Shown in pieces: positions 37,625 to 47,849 of a stretch of 64,000 nt of DNA. The stretch's first letter is position 1. Every line of letters starts with the position of its first letter. Under the pieces are notes generated by a model. That model saw only the letters and a list, made by a program, of their open reading frames with translations. It was not told the origin of the DNA and searched no databases. This DNA comes from an uncultured Candidatus Micrarchaeota archaeon (GTDB lineage Archaea > Micrarchaeota > Micrarchaeia > Anstonellales > Bilamarchaeaceae), in the NCBI GenBank assembly GCA_963714085.1, contig OY970229.1, positions 768,001 to 832,000 on the forward strand, written 5' to 3'. A program made the translations under genes and the position numbers.

Positions 37625-38458
37625 ATGGCCGGCATTCGAAGGCTCAGTTTCAGAGAAGGATTTGCGAAGCCGCTAGCCGGAGCCGCGCTCTTGTTCTCAC
37701 TCGCCATGCCGCTGCGAGCGTACGGGCGTGCATCAAATGATTTCTCGGGTTCCAAGACTCCGAATGCGCTGCGGGATATGATAACTCCCATGCTTGATCG
37801 CGCGCCCGAAGGCGAGCTGGTGGCGAAACCGGATAGAGGCCAGCCGAGGTGCACTGTCAATGATGGGAGCGTGGAATACTCGACACCGAAGGGCCTCAAG
37901 ACAGTGCCGCTTATGCTTGCGAAAGGGGAGAAGGTCCTGGCCACCGCGTGCATCCAGGATAGGGCGTTCGTGCTGACAGACAGGCGCCTATACGCCACGA
38001 CATCGATGGATGAGGAGAGCGGCGTGATGAAGGTGCTGGCTGGCACCATTTGGTTCGATATATCCGAAGCGTACGAGAAGGGCATCGTCGCGTGGGCGCA
38101 CTCATATGATACCTGTTATATACTCACCAAAGACGGGAAATTGGCTCCGATATTCGTGGATGAGACAGAAAAGAACCAGGGGAGAACGGTGTATACGATG
38201 CCATTCCCGGTAGATGGCGCCAAGATGGCCGAATTCAAAGGCTGGGTTTTCCTAGCGGTCGATGACGAGAACGTCATGGCGTTCAGATTCAATGAGAAAG
38301 CAGACCACAAATCTTTGCTTATCAACGCGTACCGTGGAGCGGAGTTCACGATAAAGAATGGCCGACTTTTTTATGGAGGAAAAGAAGGGATAACTGAAAT
38401 AAAAGTTGAAAAGGGAAGGATTGTCTACCAATTGGGTGGTCCCAAAGTAGACCGCTAG
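37625..38458 (+). CDS. Hypothetical secreted beta-rich protein
   Basis: Signal-like N-terminus after TATA (TTTATAAA); lower GC. Confidence 0.55.
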   Translation: MAGIRRLSFREGFAKPLAGAALLFSLAMPLRAYGRASNDFSGSKTPNALRDMITPMLDRAPEGELVAKPDRGQPRCTVNDGSVEYSTPKGLKTVPLMLAKGEKVLATACIQDRAFVLTDRRLYATTSMDEESGVMKVLAGTIWFDISEAYEKGIVAWAHSYDTCYILTKDGKLAPIFVDETEKNQGRTVYTMPFPVDGAKMAEFKGWVFLAVDDENVMAFRFNEKADHKSLLINAYRGAEFTIKNGRLFYGGKEGITEIKVEKGRIVYQLGGPKVDR

Positions 38459-39132
38459 ATTCTCCTCGGCTTCTTTACAGTCACTGCCTCCGGATTCTCG
38501 GAAAAGTTGTCCTGGTAGTTCTTTATAAAGTCGGCTTTTGAAACTTCGAGTGCAGCACCGGTTGGACGGATTTCAGTGACCTGTCCTATACTGTCTGCAT
38601 TCTTCAGAAGGTCTGAAAGCTGCTCTTTGCGTATCTCGCTCGGGTGGGTAATCCGCAGGGTGGTGCCAGGAGTGTCTGGAAGCGCTTCCTTGCGGCCTTC
38701 GGTCTTCCCGAGAATCAGGGGTGACGCTGCATTGGACGGATTGAGCTGCACGACGTAAGAATGCACACCGATCTGGACCTCGCATGAGTACCCGGCCAGC
38801 GGACCCGCGTCTTTCTCGCTTGTGACGGGTTTTATAGGCCCTTTGAATTTGAAGTCCAGCAGTGTTTCAGTGGGATGGCTCTTGAAATCAGCCAACACTA
38901 TGGCCACTTTGTTCACGTCGTCAGTTCGTATATTCCGACCGAATACGCTGCCAGTGTCTATATTGGTGGGTTTACCTTTGTGGGATAGACGCTCTGCATT
39001 GGCTCGATTTGCAGTGGCGATTACCTCAAGGGCCTCGCCAGCCTTATACCCATCGCGCTTGAGCTGATCGAATATCTTGTCTTCTAGAATACGAATCGGC
39101 GGAACTTTTTCTGTTTTCTGTGCTTCTGTCAT
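38455..39132 (-). CDS. Hypothetical protein
   Basis: GGGGTGAG SD; lower GC; no motif. Confidence 0.55.
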   Translation of the reverse strand: MTEAQKTEKVPPIRILEDKIFDQLKRDGYKAGEALEVIATANRANAERLSHKGKPTNIDTGSVFGRNIRTDDVNKVAIVLADFKSHPTETLLDFKFKGPIKPVTSEKDAGPLAGYSCEVQIGVHSYVVQLNPSNAASPLILGKTEGRKEALPDTPGTTLRITHPSEIRKEQLSDLLKNADSIGQVTEIRPTGAALEVSKADFIKNYQDNFSENPEAVTVKKPRRI

Positions 39133-39343
39133 TCATCTCACCCCACATTTTTTTTCCACAAATATTCATATTATAACATATATGATAGGTAGAAAAGTCT
39201 TATAAACGCTGAGGCTGCGGTCTGAGCGGTGGGATGCGCGCCAAAACCCGCTGCGAGCCCATTGCCGCCGCGGGGATAAATGCTTTTATTGCCCGCACGT
39301 ATACTAATATCGTTCCGGTTACGCCGGAAAGGAGGATACTGGG

Positions 39344-40282
39344 ATGAGACTGGTTTTGCTTGCTTTGGCCGGTGTCTGCCTCATGCCGCTTGCCTTCGCA
39401 GGCACGTGCCCGATAAATTCGAGCACGAACGTCGTGATATACGGGCAGACCGGTGCAGGAGGAGTAGGACCAGTTAGCCTGCTGTGGATGAAGAGTTTCT
39501 TCGACTGGTGGAAATCGCAGGACCCGTCGCTCAACTATACGGTTTTGAGCGCTGCGAACATCAAGAGCGACTGCCAGCTGATGGATTATCCGAACCTGAA
39601 GCTCTACGTGCAGCCGGGCGGGACCGCCTACGACCAGCAGAAAGAGCTCGGCCCGGCCGGAAAGAGCAATATCCTGGGGTTCATAAACAGCGGCAAAGCG
39701 TACTATGGCGTGTGCGCCGGATTCTATTATGCCGCAACGGATTATTACTGGGAGGGCGCGTATTCCAATCCGCCTTACCTGCTGGGGAAGTTCCCGACCG
39801 TCGAGGGCTCGATAACGACCATCGCCGATTACGATGTGCCCCCAGGCTACACCATGACGAGCCTCAGCAACGGCAACAACGTCGTATATTCCGGCGGCCC
39901 GACAAGGGGCTGGAATCAAACGCCTTCGGCTTTCCCGGGGACAGAGGTGGCTTATTTCACGGCTATCCCGGGGCAGCTTCCGGCAATAATAATCGATGGC
40001 AACATGCTCTTGGCTACCGTGCACCTGGAAGCCTATGAGAACGACGGCATAACCGGCCTCACCACCGAGGAGAGGACCGAAAACTACAAGTGGCTCGCGA
40101 ACATGCTCAACACGGTCGCGAACACCAGCTTCTACGTCCCGCCCTATTCGCAGCCGGACAACCAGGCAGATCAGTCGGACGGGGACTTCTCCGAGCGTCT
40201 CTTCTTTGATTATTTCGGAAACCTGGACGTATGGAATCCTGGCAAGCAGACCTGGGCTGATGCGGCATACGCCAACAGCTAG
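39344..40282 (+). CDS. Secreted BPL_N (glutamine-amidotransferase-like) domain protein
   Basis: Signal peptide; QPGG, GVCAGFY nucleophile elbow, HLE. Confidence 0.75.
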   Translation: MRLVLLALAGVCLMPLAFAGTCPINSSTNVVIYGQTGAGGVGPVSLLWMKSFFDWWKSQDPSLNYTVLSAANIKSDCQLMDYPNLKLYVQPGGTAYDQQKELGPAGKSNILGFINSGKAYYGVCAGFYYAATDYYWEGAYSNPPYLLGKFPTVEGSITTIADYDVPPGYTMTSLSNGNNVVYSGGPTRGWNQTPSAFPGTEVAYFTAIPGQLPAIIIDGNMLLATVHLEAYENDGITGLTTEERTENYKWLANMLNTVANTSFYVPPYSQPDNQADQSDGDFSERLFFDYFGNLDVWNPGKQTWADAAYANS

Positions 40283-40297
40283 TATGCGCTGTTACGG

Positions 40298-40888
40298 CTA
40301 GGAACGCCAGGAGGGAGCTGGATTTTTCCCTTGCCATGCTCTGATTATCTCGAGGAGATGCGGGTATTCGGTGAATCCCGACCCCTCGTTGATATGGCCT
40401 GCTCCGTGCTCTACCACGAGTTCGGCGCCGAGGAGCTTTTCCATCCTCTTGGCTTCCTCAAGCTTTATGTAAGGGTCGTTGTCCGAGTTTATGATTATGA
40501 TTTTGGCCGCTTTCTTCTTTATCTTCTCCCAGTCGAAATCTTTATCGACGAAGTTGCGGATCTCAGGTATTCCGAGGTCTTTTGCGAAACCCGCGACCAG
40601 GATTATGCATGCGGCCCGCTCCTTGTCATCGAAAGTCTCGAGCAGCCTCAGTATGGCCGGGCAGCCGAGGCTGTGACCGACAAGGACCCAATCGTCTTTC
40701 GGGTCGAAGCGAGGGACGAGTTTGCGGGCGGTGGCGAGCCATTCCCCGAGTTTCGGGTTCTCCGAGTCCGGGAAATCAGGGGTCAGGACCGTGGATGCCA
40801 TGCCTGATGCCAGAAGCTGCTCCCCAAGCCATCCGCTCCAGCAGCTTTTCCCATTCGCCCCCCAGCAATGGAAAAGGAAGAATTTCAT
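40298..40888 (-). CDS. RBBP9/YdeN alpha/beta hydrolase
   Basis: GHSLG, SDNDPY, AGHIN. Confidence 0.9.
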   Translation of the reverse strand: MKFFLFHCWGANGKSCWSGWLGEQLLASGMASTVLTPDFPDSENPKLGEWLATARKLVPRFDPKDDWVLVGHSLGCPAILRLLETFDDKERAACIILVAGFAKDLGIPEIRNFVDKDFDWEKIKKKAAKIIIINSDNDPYIKLEEAKRMEKLLGAELVVEHGAGHINEGSGFTEYPHLLEIIRAWQGKNPAPSWRS

Positions 40889-40892
40889 GCCA

Positions 40893-41243
40893 TCACAGCA
40901 GCTTCAGCTTTCCGAGGACCGAATCGATTTCGCCTTCTTCCCATGGGCCTGCTGCGAAGCAGGTGATGGTGCCGGGCTCCACCTGGGTGTGGCCTGCGTC
41001 TCGGATGAGCTCGCAGGGTATGCCAGCTGCTTTCGCTTTTTGGAAATAATCAAGGAGCTCGCCTTCGCTCTGGACTTTCAGCACTATCTTCTTCTGGCCT
41101 TCCATCTCCCATGCATGCGCGATTTCCGGGTCCGCCTTCTGGACCTTCTTGTATGCGCTGAGCGAGGCGTGTGAGCTTTGAGCAGCTAGCTTACCTTTCC
41201 CCATGCCCAGATCGGCGCGCACCACGATGGCCTGTTTGTACAT
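40893..41243 (-). CDS. pth2: Peptidyl-tRNA hydrolase Pth2
   Basis: MGKGKLAAQSSHA, DAGHTQV, GP...ID...LKLL. Confidence 0.97.
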   Translation of the reverse strand: MYKQAIVVRADLGMGKGKLAAQSSHASLSAYKKVQKADPEIAHAWEMEGQKKIVLKVQSEGELLDYFQKAKAAGIPCELIRDAGHTQVEPGTITCFAAGPWEEGEIDSVLGKLKLL

Positions 41244-41295
41244 GGAACAAGGATTGAATAAGAAAAGTTAAAAGAACGAGCAGTGGCTGCCATGC

Positions 41296-42048
41296 TCAGG
41301 ACTCCGGCCCTAACACAGCGAGACGGTGCTCCATTTGGTCAACAGCGCCATTTGGCACCAATGGCCTAAGCGGCCACCATCTGTGAGCCTTGCTGGCTTT
41401 GTCACAGAACATCTTGAGCGCCCTCCGGGCGATTTGCCAATCGTCTTGCTGGTCGCTATGCACCAGCATGTCCAGCATTGGCAGGGCGTCAGTGAATCCA
41501 CTGAAAACCGGCCCGACCCCTCCAGTGCCCTCCAGAAGCATGGTGTCGAAGGTGCTGTTGTCCATTCTTTGCACCGCGCATGACACCGACTCACGCACCT
41601 TGCCAAGGTCGAGTTCTCCGAGAGAGACGAGAACCTTTTGCGCCGTTCGCATGAACGGGGTTAACTCTCTCCTCAGGCCAGGATACCAATCCTCGGCCCT
41701 TTTGACTTTTCCAGCGAACAGTGTTAGCGCAGTTTTCGCGAGTTCCAGGTCAGTGGCCTCGGTGCTTTCCGCGAGGGCTTCGACAAAGACCAGGACAGGA
41801 GCGAAGCCGGATAACGCGGTTCTCGCCGACTGGGCGCCAGCAGCGAGCCGGTTGTCGAAATTTGCGCTGGCGATTCCTTCCGCTGCACTCTTTCCTGCTT
41901 CTGCAGGCTTTCCTTGCACTGCATCCCTTACCCGCTCTCTTGCGGCTAGGGACACCAAAGGCTCTGGCCGCCGGGGTCTCGGGCCCGGCTGACCATTGCC
42001 GTGTTCGCGTTTTCCGGATTTTTCAGCATTTTCCAAGACATTTACCAT
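41296..42048 (-). CDS. Hypothetical protein with internal duplication
   Basis: GAGGTG SD; two similar helical repeats, each ending W[YW]P. Confidence 0.55.
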   Translation of the reverse strand: MVNVLENAEKSGKREHGNGQPGPRPRRPEPLVSLAARERVRDAVQGKPAEAGKSAAEGIASANFDNRLAAGAQSARTALSGFAPVLVFVEALAESTEATDLELAKTALTLFAGKVKRAEDWYPGLRRELTPFMRTAQKVLVSLGELDLGKVRESVSCAVQRMDNSTFDTMLLEGTGGVGPVFSGFTDALPMLDMLVHSDQQDDWQIARRALKMFCDKASKAHRWWPLRPLVPNGAVDQMEHRLAVLGPES

Positions 42049-42332
42049 GTATGAACACCTCGTTGATTTTTTTTCCAGCCCAAAAGAGAAATATGGCGCC
42101 AGCTCTCTGGCGGGATTTTTTCCGGTTTTTCACCAGGCATCAAGCGGGTTTCTTTACTCCGCCCGCTTTTGCCCGGATTATTGCCGGAGCAAAAAATCAG
42201 CGGATAATAATAATGGGGATAATGCTGGATGCGGCGCGTATGGCAGTCTCGGATGTTTTTCGGTTGTTGTGCATCCAGTTACACCTAAGACAACTTTGTT
42301 CGGATGAATTTAAAAACCTTAGGCCAAGAGGG

Positions 42333-44888
42333 TTACGGCTTCCAGAACCTCTTGTTTTTTATGAAATTCTTCTGCGCCTCTATGAGGTCGAGGTAGAAAC
42401 CCTGCTCGTCGCGGTGGAGCTTCCTGAGGACCCGGTCCGCGGTCGTGGCGCCCACGCCGTAGGTGCTGAGCGCGATGAGAGCCTTCTTCCCGTACGCCCG
42501 TATCAGGCCGGCCTTGAACCTCAGCTCCGCCTCGTCCTCGCCTTCCCTCTCGATCAGCGCGTACGCCTTCTCGCCGCATTTGTGGCAGGGGAGCTGGTCC
42601 GGGGCGCCTGCCAGGTGGAGATAGCGCGTAGCGCCGCAGTTCATGCACCCCAGCTGCAGAGTCTTTGAGAGCGCCCGCTCCCTGAAGGCCGCGACCATCT
42701 GCTCCCTGGGCTCGAAGCCGCCCATGGCCTCCCTGCTGGAGAGCCGGTCCAGGCCGAGCTTGGCGAAATGGCTCGGCTTCGCCCTCTTGTCTACCACCAG
42801 GAGTATCTCCTTCCTGGCTATCCTCCCGAGCACGTCCTCCGTCCTCTTGACGTCGAAGTACCTCGAGAACACCGAGCGTACGGCCTCGTCGTACACCGCG
42901 GAATAGCGCAGGGCGGATATGAACCTTCCGCTCACGGTCGCATCCTCGGAGAGCATGCCGAACAGCCTGCCCACGTGGATGAACCTCATCCTGAGCAGGT
43001 AGGATTCGGAGAGCGCCTCCTCCAGCGGGCCGCGCACGGATTTTATGGAGTCCCAGGCGCGCAGGATGTGCTCCTCGCCGAGCGGGAACGGGAGCTTCAC
43101 CATTATTCTGTAGGGGTCTGCAACTGCGCGCACGGATTCTCCGATTATCCTGGAGAGGTTCGCGGAGAACAGCCTCGCGAGGCCCTCGTTCACCCGGGTG
43201 CCGAAACAGGCATGGACTATGACGATGTCGGATACTATCTCCACGACCACGGTCTTATCGTCGGGCAGCGGCTTGACGTCCTTTTTCACTGAATTGCGGA
43301 GGGTGCCGACGCCCTGGGCGACCTCGAAGGAGACGGGTATGTCCTCGCCGGCCCATTCCGGTATCGCTATGTCGGAGGCGAAGCTGGGCTGCGCCAGGAC
43401 CTCCTTCTCGCTTATGTCTATGACCTGCCATGGCTGGCCCTTGGCGAGGAAGGACGCCCCAGGTTCCAGGTTAGCGACAAAGCCCTCGTCCAGGGATGCG
43501 ATGATGCTGTTCGAGGATATCTCCCTGAGGCTGTAGCGCTTCTCCTTGGGGATGGTGCTTAGGTTGGAATAGTAGTACTCGCGGGCCCTTGGCCTGATCC
43601 TTATGGATACGCCGCCGTCTGGACGCTCGTCGTAGTAGACCAGGCTCTCCCCGTAGAGCTGGAGCGCGACGCGGCGGAGCTGGTCGTATGAGATGCCGTA
43701 GGCGTAGCTCCTGGAGAGGATCTCATGGGCCTTTTTCAGCTCCAGCCTGCCCATATCCAGGCAAAGTCCGACGACCTGGTGGCCTATGACGTCCAACGCC
43801 CCGCGTTCGGCCTTCTTGTCCTCCATCCAGCCGTTCTCGGCTAAAGAGCGGATGACCTCTGCCTCGAGGTAATCGTCCATATCAGAGGCCAGGACTATGC
43901 CCTTGGGCGTCTTGTCCAGGGAATGGCCTGACCTGCCCACGCGCTGTATGAGCCTGAACACCTGGTGCGGCGAGCCGACCTGCACGACCAGCTCGACGTC
44001 CCCTATGTCTATGCCGAGCTCGAGCGAGGATGTGGCGAGCAGGGAGCGGACCGCGCCTGACTTGAACCCGTCCTCCGCGGCGAGCCTTATCTCCTTGGCA
44101 AGGGAGCCGTGGTGCACGTCTATCGGTGCTCTCGCCTTTTTCAGGGATGCGGAGAGCTCCTCTGCCATGCTCCTGGTGTTAACGAACATGAGCGCCCTGT
44201 GCTTCTCGGACAGCTCCTTCATCCTGGCCGTGAGCTTCTCCATGTCGCCGGCCATCTCGACCGAGACATCCATCTTGCGGTTCTTGCCCACCTCGCAGAC
44301 CGCGTGCATCCTGTCCCCGAACAGCAGGCGGCTGGCCTCCATCTCGTTGGCCACTGTCGCGCTTATGCCTATGCGCTGGAAATCCGCTATGAGCCCGAGC
44401 CGTTCGAGCCCCATGGAGAGCTGCGAACCACGCTTGTTGTCGAGGACGTCGTGCACCTCGTCCACGATGACGAACTTCACGTTGGCCAGGTGCCTGCGCA
44501 TCACCCTGCCCAGGAGCAGCGCCTGGAGGGATTCCACGGTGGTAAGCAGGATTTTAGGCGGGTCCTTCCTGTGTGCCGCTCTTTCGGCAAGCGTCGTATC
44601 CCCGGTGCGTACGTCGTGGGAGATATCGAGCCGCTCGCACCACCAGTGGAAACGCTTTAGCAGGTCCCTGGACAGTGCTCTCAGAGGGGTGATGTATAGC
44701 GCGCAGATGCCGGATTTCTCATCCCGTATCTTCTCTAGGACTGGCAGCAGGGCCGTCTCGGTCTTCCCGCTGCCGGTTGGCGCCAGGATGAGCACGTTCT
44801 CTCCGGCAAGGACCCTGGGCATGGCGAGTTTCTGGATCTCGGTAAGCTCGCCGAACCTTTCCCTGACGAGGCCGGCTACGTCTGGCAT
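42333..44888 (-). CDS. lhr: Lhr-family DEAD/DEAH helicase
   Basis: APTGSGKT, DEVH, HHGSL, ATSSLELGIDIG, QRVGRSGH; C-terminal Zn finger and HhH. Confidence 0.92.
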   Translation of the reverse strand: MPDVAGLVRERFGELTEIQKLAMPRVLAGENVLILAPTGSGKTETALLPVLEKIRDEKSGICALYITPLRALSRDLLKRFHWWCERLDISHDVRTGDTTLAERAAHRKDPPKILLTTVESLQALLLGRVMRRHLANVKFVIVDEVHDVLDNKRGSQLSMGLERLGLIADFQRIGISATVANEMEASRLLFGDRMHAVCEVGKNRKMDVSVEMAGDMEKLTARMKELSEKHRALMFVNTRSMAEELSASLKKARAPIDVHHGSLAKEIRLAAEDGFKSGAVRSLLATSSLELGIDIGDVELVVQVGSPHQVFRLIQRVGRSGHSLDKTPKGIVLASDMDDYLEAEVIRSLAENGWMEDKKAERGALDVIGHQVVGLCLDMGRLELKKAHEILSRSYAYGISYDQLRRVALQLYGESLVYYDERPDGGVSIRIRPRAREYYYSNLSTIPKEKRYSLREISSNSIIASLDEGFVANLEPGASFLAKGQPWQVIDISEKEVLAQPSFASDIAIPEWAGEDIPVSFEVAQGVGTLRNSVKKDVKPLPDDKTVVVEIVSDIVIVHACFGTRVNEGLARLFSANLSRIIGESVRAVADPYRIMVKLPFPLGEEHILRAWDSIKSVRGPLEEALSESYLLRMRFIHVGRLFGMLSEDATVSGRFISALRYSAVYDEAVRSVFSRYFDVKRTEDVLGRIARKEILLVVDKRAKPSHFAKLGLDRLSSREAMGGFEPREQMVAAFRERALSKTLQLGCMNCGATRYLHLAGAPDQLPCHKCGEKAYALIEREGEDEAELRFKAGLIRAYGKKALIALSTYGVGATTADRVLRKLHRDEQGFYLDLIEAQKNFIKNKRFWKP

Positions 44889-44938
44889 AGGTATCTGTAA
44901 TGGTTAGAATGGCATAAATAGAAGCTGGAAGCGCCGGA

Positions 44939-45238
44939 TCACATGGACATGATGCAGACGCCGTGTTCGGGCTCCGTGACAGAGGGCCTGCGCTCTTCTT
45001 CCCGGGGCTCGTCTTCGTAATCGCGTATGTCCAGCTGCGGACGAGAAGCGGGCCTTTTTTCGTGCCTCTTTCGTATTTTTTCTATGTCCGAATCCGGAAC
45101 GTCGAAACCGGAGATGTCGTCTGTAACCGGATCGAACGGGAACTTGGATTTCGGGGTGTCGCATCGCATCGTTCCTGGTTTGTTCGATGCCTGCCTGGAA
45201 CCGAATGCACCATTGGCCGGGTCGGCCGCAACGCATTT
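44939..45238 (-). CDS. Small acidic hypothetical protein
   Basis: GAGGTGG SD before ATG; low-complexity acidic/Pro tail. Confidence 0.45.
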   Translation of the reverse strand, partial: KCVAADPANGAFGSRQASNKPGTMRCDTPKSKFPFDPVTDDISGFDVPDSDIEKIRKRHEKRPASRPQLDIRDYEDEPREEERRPSVTEPEHGVCIMSM

Positions 45239-45355
45239 CATCCCACCTCGCTGGAGTCGCGACAGTTGGAAGGTCATGTATATATTACGCAGCCACTATT
45301 TTTAAATATATGTAACACCACTGTTTTTTAAAAAGGGCGCTGGTAAATAGTGCCC

Positions 45356-46252
45356 ATGGACGAGAAGGAATTGGAAAACTTCAGGCAGGCTGGCAGGATC
45401 TCATCCAAGGTACGCGAGGCCAGCAAATCGCTGATAATGGTCGACGCCTCGCTCCTGGACATCGCCGAGACTACGGAGCAGATGATAGTGGAGGAGGGCG
45501 CGAAGCCGGCATTCCCTGTGAATATTTCCATAAACGAGATAGCGGCCCACTACACGCCGGGCCTGGGCTCCACCGAGATGCTCGGCGAGAAGGACCTGGT
45601 GAAGATAGACATAGGCGTGGAGTTCGAGGGCGCGATCGGCGACACGGCTTACACCATAGACCTCGGAGGGGAGAACGGCGACCTCGTGAAGGCCTCGGAA
45701 GAGGCGCTTGACGAGGCGGTTAAAATCATGAAGCCTGGCGTGACGGTCGGCAGCATAGGCGGCGTGATAGAGGATTCCATAAAGAAGTACGGCTACAAGC
45801 CCATAGCGAACCTAACCGGCCACATGATAAAATCGAACGACCTCCACGCGGGGGTCGAGATACCGAACGTGAAGAGCGACGACCCTTTCGAGCTCATGGA
45901 AGGCGACGTGTTCGCGGTGGAGCCGTTCGCGACCACCGGCGGCGGCTACGTGGCAGACCTGAACCAGGTGGAGATATACTCGCTCTTCGCCCCGGCGAAG
46001 ATAAGGATGCAGCAGTCCAGGAAGATCGTGGAGTACGCGCTCACCAACTTCGGCATGCTGCCTTTCGCGGAGCGGTGGGTGATGAAGGAGTTCCAGTCCA
46101 AGGTCATGGTGAGCATGGGGCTGAAAGAGCTTCTCAAGAACCATTTCATAAGGGCCTATCCCGTGCTGCGCGAATCGGACGGCGGCATGGTGGCCCAGAC
46201 AGAGCACACGATCTACATAAACGCGGACGGCGTGGAAGTCCTCACGAAATGA
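45356..46252 (+). CDS. map: Methionine aminopeptidase type II
   Basis: AFPVNISINEIAAHYTP, DTAYT, NLTGH, AVEPF, QTEHT. Confidence 0.96.
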   Translation: MDEKELENFRQAGRISSKVREASKSLIMVDASLLDIAETTEQMIVEEGAKPAFPVNISINEIAAHYTPGLGSTEMLGEKDLVKIDIGVEFEGAIGDTAYTIDLGGENGDLVKASEEALDEAVKIMKPGVTVGSIGGVIEDSIKKYGYKPIANLTGHMIKSNDLHAGVEIPNVKSDDPFELMEGDVFAVEPFATTGGGYVADLNQVEIYSLFAPAKIRMQQSRKIVEYALTNFGMLPFAERWVMKEFQSKVMVSMGLKELLKNHFIRAYPVLRESDGGMVAQTEHTIYINADGVEVLTK

Positions 46253-46322
46253 GGATGGAAACGTGGAAACCATTGCCTGAGGCTAGAGAAACCCTTTTTA
46301 ACTTTTTCCTCGGAATCACCTC

Positions 46323-46979
46323 ATGACCAGTCCCAACAGAATCTTCCGGACCAAGAGTCTGGAATTTGAGAGAGAAAACGAGAAACCCGTGCACAGGCCC
46401 GAATTCAAGGCTGAAAGCCACGAACTGCATGACCGGAACCTGGAGTTCTCAACGCTGTCCGAAGGCGGGGACCACCTGGCATGCTCGGCCAGGACGCACC
46501 AGTCCCTGAGGATGCTGGGCTACGACAATACCCGCATAAGGGACACGCTCCACACCGTGGACGTGCTCAAGAACCTCGCCGAGAGGCCGGTGGACACCGT
46601 CGTGTTCGCGAGCGTCCGCGAGAGGAACAGCCTAGGCCTCGGTGCGATGGCGTCCATAGCCGCGATATGCAATCTCAAGGCCGCGGACGCGGGAGTCACG
46701 CTGCGCAGCGCCGCGAGGTTCTATGCCAGGCGCAAGAGCCACGTCGACGTGGACGACCTCGAGCGCTTCGTGAAGTGGATGGTCGACAAGGGGAACAAGG
46801 GCGAGCCGATAACCGGGATGCCGTCCGAATGGGAGCAGTACTGCAGACTGACCGGAAGGCAGGTCGTGAAAAGGAGGTACCGCGGCTTCAGTAGCGCTGC
46901 GAGGAGGTCCAGGAGCGCCCCGGGCAGGAGATATCCTGGATTCAAGGCCTCGAAAGGCAGGTTCCTCAGAAGCCACTGA
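46323..46979 (+). CDS. Hypothetical protein with basic C-terminal tail
   Basis: Fills the gap after a TATA-like element; host-like codon usage. Confidence 0.55.
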   Translation: MTSPNRIFRTKSLEFERENEKPVHRPEFKAESHELHDRNLEFSTLSEGGDHLACSARTHQSLRMLGYDNTRIRDTLHTVDVLKNLAERPVDTVVFASVRERNSLGLGAMASIAAICNLKAADAGVTLRSAARFYARRKSHVDVDDLERFVKWMVDKGNKGEPITGMPSEWEQYCRLTGRQVVKRRYRGFSSAARRSRSAPGRRYPGFKASKGRFLRSH

Positions 46980-47091
46980 GGCGTTTCTTTTTCCATTCCT
47001 CATTTTCCAGTCTCTCACTGCTCGGCATGAGCGCCCCTTTTTGTGACAACGAAATGCATAATAATTGGAACACAGCAAGAATAAACGAAAC

Positions 47092-47191
47092 GAGCTCGTA
47101 ACTCAACTTGGATAGAGTGCCAGGCTTCGAATGCACTCTCCTGATGGCAGGAGTGACCTGGAAGTTGCGGGTTCAAATCCCGTCGGGCTCG
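47092..47191 (+). tRNA. tRNA-Arg(TCG) with 25-nt intron at 37/38 (47131-47155)
   Basis: Acceptor GAGCTCG/CGGGCTC; anticodon stem CCAGG/CCTGG; BHB motif with CUUC/GGAG central helix, two 3-nt bulges and UGC/GCA outer helix. Confidence 0.93.
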
Positions 47192-47195
47192 GTTC

Positions 47196-47849
47196 CTATT
47201 CCTTCTTCGCTTTGCCTGTCAGCTTCTTCCAGAACTTGGTGGCGTTGTTTATACCCCTTGCGTAGAACGGCGCCGGCACCCCGACGATTTTAGATTTCCT
47301 GAGCGCCTTTAGCAGCGCCTTCGGACTTCCGATGTCGAAATCCGGGACCTCGGTGTAGGTGCGCCCGAACTCCCAGAGCGTGTGCGAATCCGAGCCGGCC
47401 GCCATGGGCTTCCTGTTCCTCACCGCGAACTCCCGCGCCTTCTCATTGAAGCTCGCTATGAGGCAGTGCGCATTGAAGACCTCTATTATGTCGGCTTTCG
47501 CGGCGTCGGGATGACCTCCCGTCCCGTGCCTCGAGGTGTCGAACATGTGCGGCAGATATACGAGGCCGCCCTGGCCGTGTATCAGGTCGATGGTTTCCGC
47601 CATCGGGGTCTTCCTGGGGATGAGCTCGTTCAGATAAAGCCCGATCACGTCTCCTGCATCGGTGCTCACCTCCTCGCCTGGGATGAACCTGGCCCTCAGC
47701 TTCCTGAACTCCCTATGGCCCTCTATGGTGTCGTGGTCCGTGCAGGCGAAGACCATCCCGAGTTTGTTCGCTTTCTCGGCGATGCCTTTAGGGTCGGTCA
47801 GTGTGTCTATGGAATATCTGGAATGCACGTGGAAATCCACCTTCATCAT
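47196..47849 (-). CDS. PHP-domain metal-dependent phosphoesterase
   Basis: DFHVHS, TDHD, GEEV, PH, GSDSH. Confidence 0.9.
   Translation of the reverse strand: MMKVDFHVHSRYSIDTLTDPKGIAEKANKLGMVFACTDHDTIEGHREFRKLRARFIPGEEVSTDAGDVIGLYLNELIPRKTPMAETIDLIHGQGGLVYLPHMFDTSRHGTGGHPDAAKADIIEVFNAHCLIASFNEKAREFAVRNRKPMAAGSDSHTLWEFGRTYTEVPDFDIGSPKALLKALRKSKIVGVPAPFYARGINNATKFWKKLTGKAKKE

Noticed and set aside
39224..39275. GC-rich hairpin after a TATA box (GCGGTGGG...CCCATTGC)
   Set aside because: Weak stem with G-U pairs and no recognisable family; may simply be a 5' UTR
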